A stretch of 64,000 nt of DNA, from the NCBI GenBank assembly GCA_038227875.1, contig JBBRPR010000018.1, forward strand, positions 82,106-146,105, read 5' to 3'. The stretch comes from Planctomycetota bacterium. GTDB lineage: Bacteria > Planctomycetota > SZUA-567 > H5-PLA8. The notes beneath the pieces were generated by a model. That model saw only the letters and a list, made by a program, of their open reading frames with translations, was not told the DNA's origin and ran no database searches. The translations under genes and the position numbers were made by a program. Of this stretch, positions 19,406 through 28,385 are shown piece after piece (the stretch's first letter is position 1; each line of letters begins with the position of its first letter).

Positions 19406-20155
19406 GTGGTGCTGCAACGTATAGGACGCTACGACTTGAGTCAACTCTTCGACGCTCACATCAAGACCTCGCCCATCGCAATTTCTCCCGTCGCACACCC
19501 CGACGGAGCCGTGTTCTTCGGCAGCGGAGCGGCGGAATTTCAAACGTCGCTGCGCAACGAAATTCCCGTGGGCATCTGGCGGCACGCCGCAGAGCTGAAC
19601 TGCGTGGCCGCACCGGACGATCCGCGCTTCCCGAAGTCAGGTCCAGCGGTAATCGACCTGACCGTGATCGATCTGGAGTTTCAAAAGTTGCTCGCGGCCC
19701 CGGCGCACGCGTGGTTTCCTCTGGCGGGCGGAGCGCCGCCGCATGCGCTTCGACTTCACTTACCTCCCAACGGTGAAGGCGGCGCCATTCCGCTGCTCAA
19801 GAAGCTCGTTCGAAATTTTCCTCATACAGTCTTCATCGTCGATCCATTTTGGCGTGGAGTTACCTCGCAGTGGGTGCCGCTGGTCCGATTGGCGGAGTGC
19901 GACAACATTTTTCTCACCACACTGGGCCTCGCGCCGGGAGAGGGATGTTCGTGGCCGGAACATGCGACGGTGGAGGGCGCGTTTCATTTTGTCTCGGGCG
20001 AAGTCGGAACGGGAAAATTGATCTTCGCATCCGGGAGCACCTGGACTGACTATAGCGCGGTTGATTATCTGAAATGGATCACGGGAATATCCTCGCTCGA
20101 CCCGGCCCAACAGGAAATGGTGGCTTGGTCCAATGCGACCAGACTGTTTCGATAA
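19406..20155 (+). CDS. Degenerate amidohydrolase_2-like protein
   Basis: FDAH near the N-terminus, [32 protein letters not shown] end typical of the family; start uncertain. Confidence 0.55.
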   Translation: MVLQRIGRYDLSQLFDAHIKTSPIAISPVAHPDGAVFFGSGAAEFQTSLRNEIPVGIWRHAAELNCVAAPDDPRFPKSGPAVIDLTVIDLEFQKLLAAPAHAWFPLAGGAPPHALRLHLPPNGEGGAIPLLKKLVRNFPHTVFIVDPFWRGVTSQWVPLVRLAECDNIFLTTLGLAPGEGCSWPEHATVEGAFHFVSGEVGTGKLIFASGSTWTDYSAVDYLKWITGISSLDPAQQEMVAWSNATRLFR

Positions 20156-20177
20156 GCTTCACTTCGTTTTAAAAAGA

Positions 20178-20210
20178 CAAAGGGTGCAGACTCATCGTCT
20201 GCACCCTTTG
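20178..20210. terminator. Bidirectional terminator between convergent genes
   Basis: CAAAGGGTGCAGAC-tcatc-GTCTGCACCCTTTG, perfect 14-bp stem. Confidence 0.75.
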
Positions 20211-20231
20211 CATTCCTGATTTCAGTCCTGC

Positions 20232-23087
20232 TTAGAGCTTCTTTTCTTCTTCGTCGAACAGGATGATGCGCGCGTTCAACAGAATCAACAAATTGCGGCG
20301 GACGCGTTCACGGTGATTGCTCGAGAAGAACCGCCCGATGATCGGCAGGTCCGAGAGCAGCGGAATGCCCGTCTTCGTGTCGATTTTGCTGTCGTTCACC
20401 AAACCGGAGAAGAGCATCGTACCGTTATCCGGGATCGTGACCGTGGTGCTGATCGAGCGCAGTTCGATGTTCGGCAGTTCGAGCGGCAGATTGATCGAGC
20501 CGCTCGGGTTGTTGATGTCGCCGCCGTTGGTGATGAAGATGATCTGCGGCGGGGTGATTTCGGTGGCCGTTCCCGGGCGCACGTCCATCGTGATGTAGCG
20601 GCGGTCGTGCGAAACAGTCGGGCGCACTTCCAGGACGACGCCGGTCAGGAAGCTGCTGATGACTGGATCATACACGGCACCTGCCACGTCGTAATCGCGA
20701 ATGTACGAGCGCTGCTGCGCGACCAGGATGTGGGAACGTTGATTGTTGAACTGCATCAGCTTCGGAGCCAGCAACTGATCCTGCGTCTGATCTTTGCGGA
20801 GCGCCTGGAGGATGGCGTTCTGCTGAATGTTCTGGAGGAAGCGGAACTGGAATAACGCGCCTTGCTGCGGAGCATTCAACAGCGACTGCCCCAAATTCTG
20901 CGCGATGTTGGCGAGCGGGTTGAAGCGGAGCAATCCCTGCGTCAAACCCTGGAACAGCACCGGCGAACCCAACGCCGAGGACTGCGTCTGGTAGCGGACA
21001 CCGGCCGGAGCACCGGCGATCAGATTGTTGGTGGCCTGTTCAATACCGAACGCGTTGTTGTCCAAGCGCGGCCGCAGGATCGGGACGTTATTGGGCTGAA
21101 CGTTGTTCGACGCCGGTCCGAAGGAAGCATGGTACGGAGGATTCGGACTGAAATCGGAGAACTGGAACGCCGGCGACGGTGCGATGTCGGAGAAATTCGT
21201 ACCGCCCGGCAGTCCGGCTCCGCCACCCAGCGGGAACAGGCCGAACTTCGAGGGCTGATGGAGCGGATCGACCTTGACGTTCGGCAGGGCATTTTCGCCC
21301 GGCGCGGCGTCCAAACCGGTGAAGCTCACGCCGATGCGTTCGAGGAACGAATCGGTCGTGTCGATAAAGCGGCACTGCGTCAGCACCTGCAGCGTCTGCG
21401 TTTCGCGGATGCTGCGGAGCAGCTGGCGGATCTTGTCATGCACTTCCGGGCGCTGCATCACAACCAGCTGACCGTTGTTTTCGGCAATCGACGTGGCCGG
21501 ATCGGCGAATTCAGCCGGGAGCAGGCGATCGTGGATCAGCGTGACCAGATCGGGCGCCTTAAGCTGCGCGACAACCGGCTGGCTGGCGAACGGATCAACG
21601 ATCGTACCCTGAGTGGTGCCAAGGTCGATGCGCGGGCCAGGGAAGTCGGTGATCTGCGTCGTCAAGTCGCGGACGTCGTAGATTTCCAGTTCGACGTTGG
21701 CGGTCAGATTCGCCTTCTTGGTGATGAAGACGGCCTGATTGCGAAGATCGTAGTCGAGGTCGGCGAGCTTCAAGATCCACTTCAGCGCCAAGTCGAGCTC
21801 CATTTCGGAGACGCGCAGCGTGATGGGGGTCTTGTTGGCGCCATCGGCCGCGATGCGCGGATCGATGATGATGTTGACCTTGGTCAGCGAATTCAAGAAG
21901 TTGATCGCGTCTTCCAGAGTCTGGTCGACGAATTCGAACGTGACGCGGCGCTGAAGCTTACGGCGGATGTCCTGCTTCCAGCCTTCTTCAGGCCGAGCGC
22001 GGGATTCCTGGCCGGTGCGCTGCGCGATCTCGTGCCAGTTCTTGGGATAGATCAGGTAGTCGCGATGCGGAATGTTGAAGCGTTCCGCGCGTTCCTTGTT
22101 CAGCTCGAACTGTTCACGGTATTCCTCATCGATGTACTTGCGGCGGGACGCGTGTTCGCGACCGCGCGCCACAGCGATGATGGAATGCGCTTCGGGATTA
22201 GTCGGATCGACTTCGAGGATCTTGTTGGCCAGACCGATCGACTCGTCGTAACGGCCGGTTTCGTAGAGCGCCGTAGCCTGGTCAACCATCTTGTTGACCT
22301 TCTGCTCAAAGAACTTCTTTTCATTCGCGGTCTGTTCTTCGGCCAGCTTGGCGGAGACGGCCTTGTCTTCGTCGTTCACGCGCAGTTCGGCGGACTTGAT
22401 CGACTTGCCAATTTCAGAGAGCAGGCGGTTGGTTTCGTTGGCCTGTTCTTCGACGTTGACTTCCACCGGCATGTACTTGATGAGTTCACGAGCGCGTTCG
22501 AGCGCGAGTTGCGCCTGCTGGTAGCGTCGGACACGGTCGGAAAGGGACAGTTCCAGATCGGAAGCGGCCTGCGAGATGTAGCGCTTGCCCCAATCGATGC
22601 GGTTGTCGAGCTCGACCAGCTTTTCCTGGACGGCGACCTTGTGTTCACCATAAAGGTCCGAAACAGCCGACTTGATGCGGTCGCGGCGGACTCCGAGGAT
22701 GTCGTTGACGCGCTGAAGCAGCGAGCGGCTTTCGGCATTCGTGCGGTCAAGCTGCACGGCTTGTTCGAATTCCTTGCGCGCTTCTTCATAGTTGAAGGCG
22801 CTGAAGAGTCGCTTGCCGGCTTCCAGATGTGCGGAGGCCTGGGTGGCGATTTCTTCGCGCAGCTTCTTGTCATTGGCAGCCTGATCGTCCAGCAGCTTCT
22901 GGGCCGTGGCTTCCGCACCCGACGGAGCTGGAGCAGGTGCTGGCGCCGGAGCGGGCGCAGGCGCAGGTGCCGGGGCAGGCGCGGGCGCCTCCTCAGCGTA
23001 CGAACGCGTCTGCAGTCCATTGGCCAGGAGTGACAGGACTACGGATGAAATACCCGCCTGCACCCAGAGCTTTATGCCGTTGTTCAT
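20232..23087 (-). CDS. Secretin-like outer-membrane protein with signal peptide, AP linker, TPR/coiled-coil and STN-like domains
   Basis: Secretin signature TTVTIPDNGTMLFSGL...GIPLLSDLPIIGRFF...LLILLNARII; VTFEFVDQTLEDAINFL N0-like; alternative start 23093. Confidence 0.88.
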   Translation of the reverse strand: MNNGIKLWVQAGISSVVLSLLANGLQTRSYAEEAPAPAPAPAPAPAPAPAPAPAPSGAEATAQKLLDDQAANDKKLREEIATQASAHLEAGKRLFSAFNYEEARKEFEQAVQLDRTNAESRSLLQRVNDILGVRRDRIKSAVSDLYGEHKVAVQEKLVELDNRIDWGKRYISQAASDLELSLSDRVRRYQQAQLALERARELIKYMPVEVNVEEQANETNRLLSEIGKSIKSAELRVNDEDKAVSAKLAEEQTANEKKFFEQKVNKMVDQATALYETGRYDESIGLANKILEVDPTNPEAHSIIAVARGREHASRRKYIDEEYREQFELNKERAERFNIPHRDYLIYPKNWHEIAQRTGQESRARPEEGWKQDIRRKLQRRVTFEFVDQTLEDAINFLNSLTKVNIIIDPRIAADGANKTPITLRVSEMELDLALKWILKLADLDYDLRNQAVFITKKANLTANVELEIYDVRDLTTQITDFPGPRIDLGTTQGTIVDPFASQPVVAQLKAPDLVTLIHDRLLPAEFADPATSIAENNGQLVVMQRPEVHDKIRQLLRSIRETQTLQVLTQCRFIDTTDSFLERIGVSFTGLDAAPGENALPNVKVDPLHQPSKFGLFPLGGGAGLPGGTNFSDIAPSPAFQFSDFSPNPPYHASFGPASNNVQPNNVPILRPRLDNNAFGIEQATNNLIAGAPAGVRYQTQSSALGSPVLFQGLTQGLLRFNPLANIAQNLGQSLLNAPQQGALFQFRFLQNIQQNAILQALRKDQTQDQLLAPKLMQFNNQRSHILVAQQRSYIRDYDVAGAVYDPVISSFLTGVVLEVRPTVSHDRRYITMDVRPGTATEITPPQIIFITNGGDINNPSGSINLPLELPNIELRSISTTVTIPDNGTMLFSGLVNDSKIDTKTGIPLLSDLPIIGRFFSSNHRERVRRNLLILLNARIILFDEEEKKL

Positions 23088-23164
23088 CGACATCCCCTCG
23101 TCCTAATTTAGTGCCTTCAATGCTCTCCCTCAACGGGAGAGGGGACTCAACAGTCGTAGGTCTA

Positions 23165-26100
23165 TTACAGCTTTTCTTCTTCTTCGCTGAACAGGATGAT
23201 GCGCGGGCTCAGCAGGATCGACAGATTCTGCTTGGCCGTTTCAGCCACGTTCCAGCGGAACAGACGTCCAACCACCGGCAGGTCGCTGATGAACGGTACG
23301 CCGTTTTCTGACTTGAACTTGATGTTGCGATACAGGCCACCGAGCAACAGGATGCCGCCGTCCGGCACGGTCGCCGTCGTGCGCACGCGGCTGATGGAAA
23401 GTTCAGGGAACTGAATCGGGAACGACAGGCGCAGAATCAAATTCACCTGCGCACCGCTGTTGACCGTGAACGAATCCAACTGGCGGGTCACGAAATTGAC
23501 AAGCTGCGTGACCGTCGGGCGCATTTCCACCGTCACGTAGCGGCGGTCAGCCGAGACGATCGGGCGAACGTCAAGCACGACACCTTCAAGGAACTGGCGG
23601 ACCACCGGATCGTAGCTGTCGCCGTTGATGTCGTAGTCGGAAACGTACGACTGCTGGCGGGCGACGAACATGTGGGCGCGCTGCGTATTGAAGACCGTCA
23701 GGCGCGGGGCAATCAGCGTGCTCTGGCTTTCGCGGACAGCCAGCGCGCGGATGAAGGCCTGCAACTGTGTGTTGTTGATCACGGTCAACTGGGCGTTCAA
23801 GCCACCCTGGCGGATCGTTCCCGTCGAGTCTTCGCTGGAGATGGTGGTGTTGTCGTTCGTCGCGTAGTTGATGCGATGATTGACGATCGAGCCGACGGTG
23901 GAGAAGGTACCGCCACCGATGCCCTGCGGACCAGCGACGATACCAGGGAAAGGCACGTTGGCTGGCGTCGCATCACTGGCCCCCGGACGGCGCGGCTGCA
24001 ACAGACCGTTCGGCGTTCCCAGATTGCGGATGTCGCCGAAGTCGCCGAAGAGCACGTTGGTGTCCAAGCCCTGGTATTCCACGCCGATGTTTTCGAGGTA
24101 CGCTTCGCGAATCGTCAGGAAGCGCGATTCGATATTGATCATCATACGCTGCGTCGAGCGGAAGCTGGAAAGCAACTGATCGATCAGCGCATGGATTTCG
24201 GGGCGCTGCATCACGACCAGGCGGCCGGCCATTTCTTCCACGGACGTTCCCAGCGCCGGATCCCATGAGTCGGGGCGGACGCGGGTCTTGATCATGTCGG
24301 CGATGCTGGCTGCCGTCGGAACCACCGTGGCCTTGGGCGCAAAAGCGCCAGCGGCAGGATTGTTGGCGGCGGCCTGATTCGGATCGCCGGCCGTCGACAA
24401 CTGCAGTTCGGGGCCCGGGAAGTCCGGAATCGACTGGGTCAAGTCGCTGATGTCGTAGATGCGCAGCTCGGCCGCTTCCTGCAGGCGGTCGGGCGTCGAA
24501 ATATAGATGGCGTGATCCTTGAGCACCTTCTCAAGATTGGCCAAGCGCAGAATCCAGTCCAGCGCCAGGTCCAGGCTCATGTCGGTGACGCGCAGGTTGA
24601 TGTTCGCCGGATTGGCCGCCATGACCTTGGGATCGACGATGATCGTCACGCCGCTGACCTGCCGGAGGAACGCCACCGCTTCGTCCAGAGACGTGTCGAC
24701 GAAGTCGAACGTGACCTTGCGCTGAAGCTTCTTGAGGATGTCGGACTTCCACACTTCTTCGCGGGTCGTCTTGCCCAGCGTCAGGTTATCGACGCGGCGG
24801 GTGATCTGATCCCAGTTCGACGGATAGAGGATGATCGGAGCATAGCCGATGGTGGCCTGATCAATGTCCTCGTCCATGTTCTTGAGTTCATGGGCCTTCT
24901 CGTCGAGAATGTCCGCGCGCTCCTTGGTGTGATTGGCAGCGCGAGCCTTGCTCTTCCAGCTTTCTGCGTCGTTGTTAAACGGGTCAATTTGCAGGATGCG
25001 GATCGAGAGGCGTTCGGCTGACGTGTAATCGCCCCGTTCGTACAGATCCTTCACCTGGTCCAGCAATTTGCCAATGCGGGCCTTGAACAGCTCGGTTTCA
25101 CGAACGCGCGACGCATCAGCCTCCTTCTGGGCCTGAACGCGGCGCAGATAGTTGATCTCGTCTTCCTTTTCCGCGATCTTCTGCTTCAAGCGGACCAGCG
25201 ACTGATCGACGGCTGAGCGTTCGCTGGGAAGATCGAACGACGGCGGCATCCAGTTCAGGATTTCCTTCACGCGGCGGAACTTATCCTGCGCCTTGCGGAG
25301 GCTTTCGAGCTGGTCGGCCAGAATGCGGTCCTTATCGACACCCACTGCATCGGGCGGCAGCACGGTTCCACGCTCTTCGAGGATGCGGCCTTCCTGCATC
25401 GCGTTGGCCAACTGGACCAGCGATTCCTGCTGCTTGACGCGCTCACCCTGTTCCAGTTCGCGGATCTTGTGGGCAATCTTGTCAACGTGAATACCCAGCA
25501 GCGAATTGACCACCTGCAACTTCTGGCGAGCCACTTCGTTGGTGGGATCGATCGTGACAGCACGTTCGAAGTACTGCTTGGCCTGTTCGTATTCGAGATC
25601 GTTGAACAGCTTGAGTCCAGTCTGGTACGCCGCATCAGCTTCCTGCTGATTGGCCTGAACCCGCACGCCGCTCAGGCGCTCGGCTTCTTTCAACAGACGC
25701 GCAGCCTTCTCTTCCGGCGTTTCCGCAACGGGAGCAGGCGGGGGCGTCGGAGCAGGAGCCGGCTTGTCGCCGTCCGCAGCAGGCGCAGCATCCGTAGGCG
25801 CAATGGGAGCAGTGGCAGCGACAGGCGGCTGTTCACCTTCACCCTTGGTCTCGCGGCCGTTCTGCGGAATCGCCTTGCCCACAGCAACAGGCGCGGCATC
25901 CGCAACGTTTCCGGGGTTGAGCGAAACCAGTTCCGCAGGCGCGTTCTTCACGTCAGTGGCTGACGTCGTCGGCGCTGGTGCAGGCGTGGTGGGCGCCACC
26001 GGCTTGTCGGGAGCGAGATCCGCTACCTCTCCGGCTGGTGCCGCACTGGTGGGTTTCGTCTCTTCGTGGCTGGCCGGAACTGTTTCGACCACCGGCGTAT

Positions 26101-26206
26101 CTTCGCGCACCGCGCCAAGATCGCCCTTGTGATCGCCACAGCCTACCAGGCCGGCGAAGACTCCCGCTATTAATGCTACGTTACCGAGCGTTCGCAATCC
26201 AATCAT
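23165..26206 (-). CDS. Secretin-like lipoprotein, paralogue of the downstream gene
   Basis: Lipobox LVGC; Pro/Ala linker; TPRs; TTATVPDGGILLLGGL...GVPFISDLPVVGRLFR. Confidence 0.88.
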   Translation of the reverse strand: MIGLRTLGNVALIAGVFAGLVGCGDHKGDLGAVREDTPVVETVPASHEETKPTSAAPAGEVADLAPDKPVAPTTPAPAPTTSATDVKNAPAELVSLNPGNVADAAPVAVGKAIPQNGRETKGEGEQPPVAATAPIAPTDAAPAADGDKPAPAPTPPPAPVAETPEEKAARLLKEAERLSGVRVQANQQEADAAYQTGLKLFNDLEYEQAKQYFERAVTIDPTNEVARQKLQVVNSLLGIHVDKIAHKIRELEQGERVKQQESLVQLANAMQEGRILEERGTVLPPDAVGVDKDRILADQLESLRKAQDKFRRVKEILNWMPPSFDLPSERSAVDQSLVRLKQKIAEKEDEINYLRRVQAQKEADASRVRETELFKARIGKLLDQVKDLYERGDYTSAERLSIRILQIDPFNNDAESWKSKARAANHTKERADILDEKAHELKNMDEDIDQATIGYAPIILYPSNWDQITRRVDNLTLGKTTREEVWKSDILKKLQRKVTFDFVDTSLDEAVAFLRQVSGVTIIVDPKVMAANPANINLRVTDMSLDLALDWILRLANLEKVLKDHAIYISTPDRLQEAAELRIYDISDLTQSIPDFPGPELQLSTAGDPNQAAANNPAAGAFAPKATVVPTAASIADMIKTRVRPDSWDPALGTSVEEMAGRLVVMQRPEIHALIDQLLSSFRSTQRMMINIESRFLTIREAYLENIGVEYQGLDTNVLFGDFGDIRNLGTPNGLLQPRRPGASDATPANVPFPGIVAGPQGIGGGTFSTVGSIVNHRINYATNDNTTISSEDSTGTIRQGGLNAQLTVINNTQLQAFIRALAVRESQSTLIAPRLTVFNTQRAHMFVARQQSYVSDYDINGDSYDPVVRQFLEGVVLDVRPIVSADRRYVTVEMRPTVTQLVNFVTRQLDSFTVNSGAQVNLILRLSFPIQFPELSISRVRTTATVPDGGILLLGGLYRNIKFKSENGVPFISDLPVVGRLFRWNVAETAKQNLSILLSPRIILFSEEEEKL

Positions 26207-26576
26207 CGACCGCGGCCGTCCTTTCTACTCGAGCCCATTTTGCAAGCTCCCTGGCACATCACAAAAACAGGTCCTGCTAGGATAGAAGTTGCACGGGCGC
26301 AACACGCCCGGGAACACCTCTCCCGTTTTCATTAATCAAAGCAACGCCTCACCCGACGACGTTACCGACTTCAATAGCTATGTTTTGCAACGAGAGACTT
26401 TTAAGGTCTTTTTTTTATCCGTCAAGCTGAACATCGTCGGTTTTCGTTTGGTGGTTACTGCTGTAAAAACTTATTCGTGTGTAGTTTGGAGCACAATGTA
26501 AAGACGCACATCGCGTAGTCACCTCGTGCGCACCTATGAAATATAACACAATGAGTGTTAACTTGTGCACTTGTCA

Positions 26577-27905
26577 TCACCTCTTTCTAATCTCGGTCTG
26601 ACCGTCCATATATTTTTGCAAAACTTGAGGAATTTTTATTGACCCATCCGCTTGTTGGTACTGTTCCCAGATCGCCACGACGATACGTGGCATCGGCAAT
26701 CCTGATCCATTAAGCGTGTGAACGTACTGCAGCTTGCCGCCATCAGCCGGACGGTAGCGCAACCCGCTGCGCCGCGCCTGGTAGTCCTCGAAGTTCGAAA
26801 CGCTGGACACTTCCAGCCAGCGCTTGGCCGCTGGAGCGTACACTTCCAAGTCGTAGCACTTCGCCGCGCTGAATGATAAGTCGCCACGGCAGAGTAGCAG
26901 CACGCGGTACTGCAGACCCAGCTGCTGCAGGAGGAACTCCGCGTTTTCGACCATCTTCTCGTGTTCGTCGTAGCTGTTCTGCGGCGTGGTGAGTTTCAGC
27001 ATCTCCACCTTGCTGAACTGATGGACGCGCAAAATGCCCCGCGTGTCCGCCCCGGCCGCGCCCGCTTCGCGCCGAAAGCACGCAGAGTAGGCGCAGTACT
27101 TCTTCGGCAGATCTTTCTCTTCCAGGATCTCATCGCGATGGAAAGCCGTCAGCGGCACTTCCGCCGTGGGGATCGCGTAGAGGTCATCCAGCTCCGCGTG
27201 GTACATCTGTTCCGCAAATTTGGGAAACTGGCCTGACCCGAAGAGCGTCTTCTCGCTGACAAAGAAGGGAGGAATCAGCTCCTCGTAGCCGTTGCGGGTG
27301 CGATGCACATCCAGACACCAGCTCAAAATCGCCCGCTCCAGCCGCGCGCCGTCGCCGCGCAAAAAGAACCAGCCTGCTCCGGTGATCTTGCCACCGCGTT
27401 CTGTATCGAGGATGCCCAGTTCCTTGCCGAGCTCAAAGTGCGGCTTGGGCGTGAAGTCAAACTTCGCTTCCTCGCCCCACGTCCGAACAGTCTTGTTGTC
27501 TTCGGCCCCCTTCCCTTCCGGAACCGACGTGTGGCAGATGTTGGGGACCCATTGCAAAATTGCATCGCGAGCCGCTTCGGCACGCTTCTCGATGGTCTCA
27601 AGCTGCTGGATCCGCTCGTTCTGATTCTTTGATTTGGTCTGGAGTTCGCCGATCTCGGCCATGACCGTGGTGAGTTTCGCCGGGTCTGCCGCCGCCGCCT
27701 TCGACTGCCCCATCTTCATGCCGATCTCTTTGGAGAGCTTATTCTTGTCCGCCTTGAGCGTCTCGACTTCGAGGATCGCCTTCTTCCGTTCGTCTTCGAA
27801 CGCGACGAGCTGCTTCAGGTCGGTGTGTTCATTGGCCGCCTTCTTATCGTCGAGGGCCTTCTGGACTGCATCGATGTTGGCGAGCACGAATTTCAGATCA
27901 AGCAT
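26577..27905 (-). CDS. serS: Serine--tRNA ligase
   Basis: MLDLK start, IPTAEVPL, FRREAG, RVHQFSKVE, EVSSVSN, HTLNGSG. Confidence 0.98.
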   Translation of the reverse strand: MLDLKFVLANIDAVQKALDDKKAANEHTDLKQLVAFEDERKKAILEVETLKADKNKLSKEIGMKMGQSKAAAADPAKLTTVMAEIGELQTKSKNQNERIQQLETIEKRAEAARDAILQWVPNICHTSVPEGKGAEDNKTVRTWGEEAKFDFTPKPHFELGKELGILDTERGGKITGAGWFFLRGDGARLERAILSWCLDVHRTRNGYEELIPPFFVSEKTLFGSGQFPKFAEQMYHAELDDLYAIPTAEVPLTAFHRDEILEEKDLPKKYCAYSACFRREAGAAGADTRGILRVHQFSKVEMLKLTTPQNSYDEHEKMVENAEFLLQQLGLQYRVLLLCRGDLSFSAAKCYDLEVYAPAAKRWLEVSSVSNFEDYQARRSGLRYRPADGGKLQYVHTLNGSGLPMPRIVVAIWEQYQQADGSIKIPQVLQKYMDGQTEIRKR

Positions 27906-27984
27906 GACGTGCGACTCCCTTATTATGCAACGGTGGCGGTGACAAGGCTGCGCAATGTAAACGCGCGCGTCGATTTCTTCAATT

Positions 27985-28017
27985 GAAGGGCGGCTTCAGC
28001 CGCTCTTTCGTTTTTTT
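27985..28017. terminator. Hairpin 80 nt upstream of serS; U-tract on the + strand, A-tract before the stem on the - strand
   Basis: GAAGGGCGGC-ttca-GCCGCTCTTT-CG-T7. Confidence 0.65.
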
Positions 28018-28040
28018 AAGTGCTTTTGATGCTACGGAAC

Positions 28041-28133
28041 TTACGCGGAACGAGAGCGACTCACGGATGCACATCGCGAGGACGCGGCATCGATGTTTCG
28101 CGGCAGGATGAACGAGGACATGATCAACAACAT
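28041..28133 (-). CDS. Putative Ser-rich leader peptide, 30 aa (MLLIMSSFILPRNIDAASSRCASVSRSRSA)
   Basis: Below the ORF-track cutoff; SD GAGGAAGGAG 10 nt before the ATG; 8 of 30 codons are Ser; co-oriented with and directly upstream of serS. Confidence 0.45.
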   Translation of the reverse strand: MLLIMSSFILPRNIDAASSRCASVSRSRSA

Positions 28134-28385
28134 AGCTAAAAATCTCCTTCCTCAATAAGTGACTATCGATTGCAAAAGTCAAGCATTCCGTTCTTAAAGT
28201 TTTACCCAGGCTTTTCGTGTTTCCGGCCGTAACCATCGCCGCCCCTCATTGGAATAATTTTTGCATAACGCAACTCTGGCTCTGCAACCTCAAAAAATCG
28301 TAGGAATTTCGGACGATCGCCTACGACTTTCGGTCGGGTCAACAATTTTGGTACCCGGTCAGTGCTGTCTGGAGATTCTGAATTC

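Noticed and set aside
22920..22990. Tandem GCAGGT/GCGGGC-like repeats as a possible array
   Set aside because: They encode the (AP)n linker of the secretin-like protein.
27979..28236. 85-aa minus-strand ORF upstream of serS
   Set aside because: No recognisable motif, and it runs through the hairpin; the 30-codon ORF in another frame has the stronger SD and context.
27906..28240. T-box riboswitch for serS
   Set aside because: No sense-strand GGTGGnACC T-box motif or U-tailed terminator was found.
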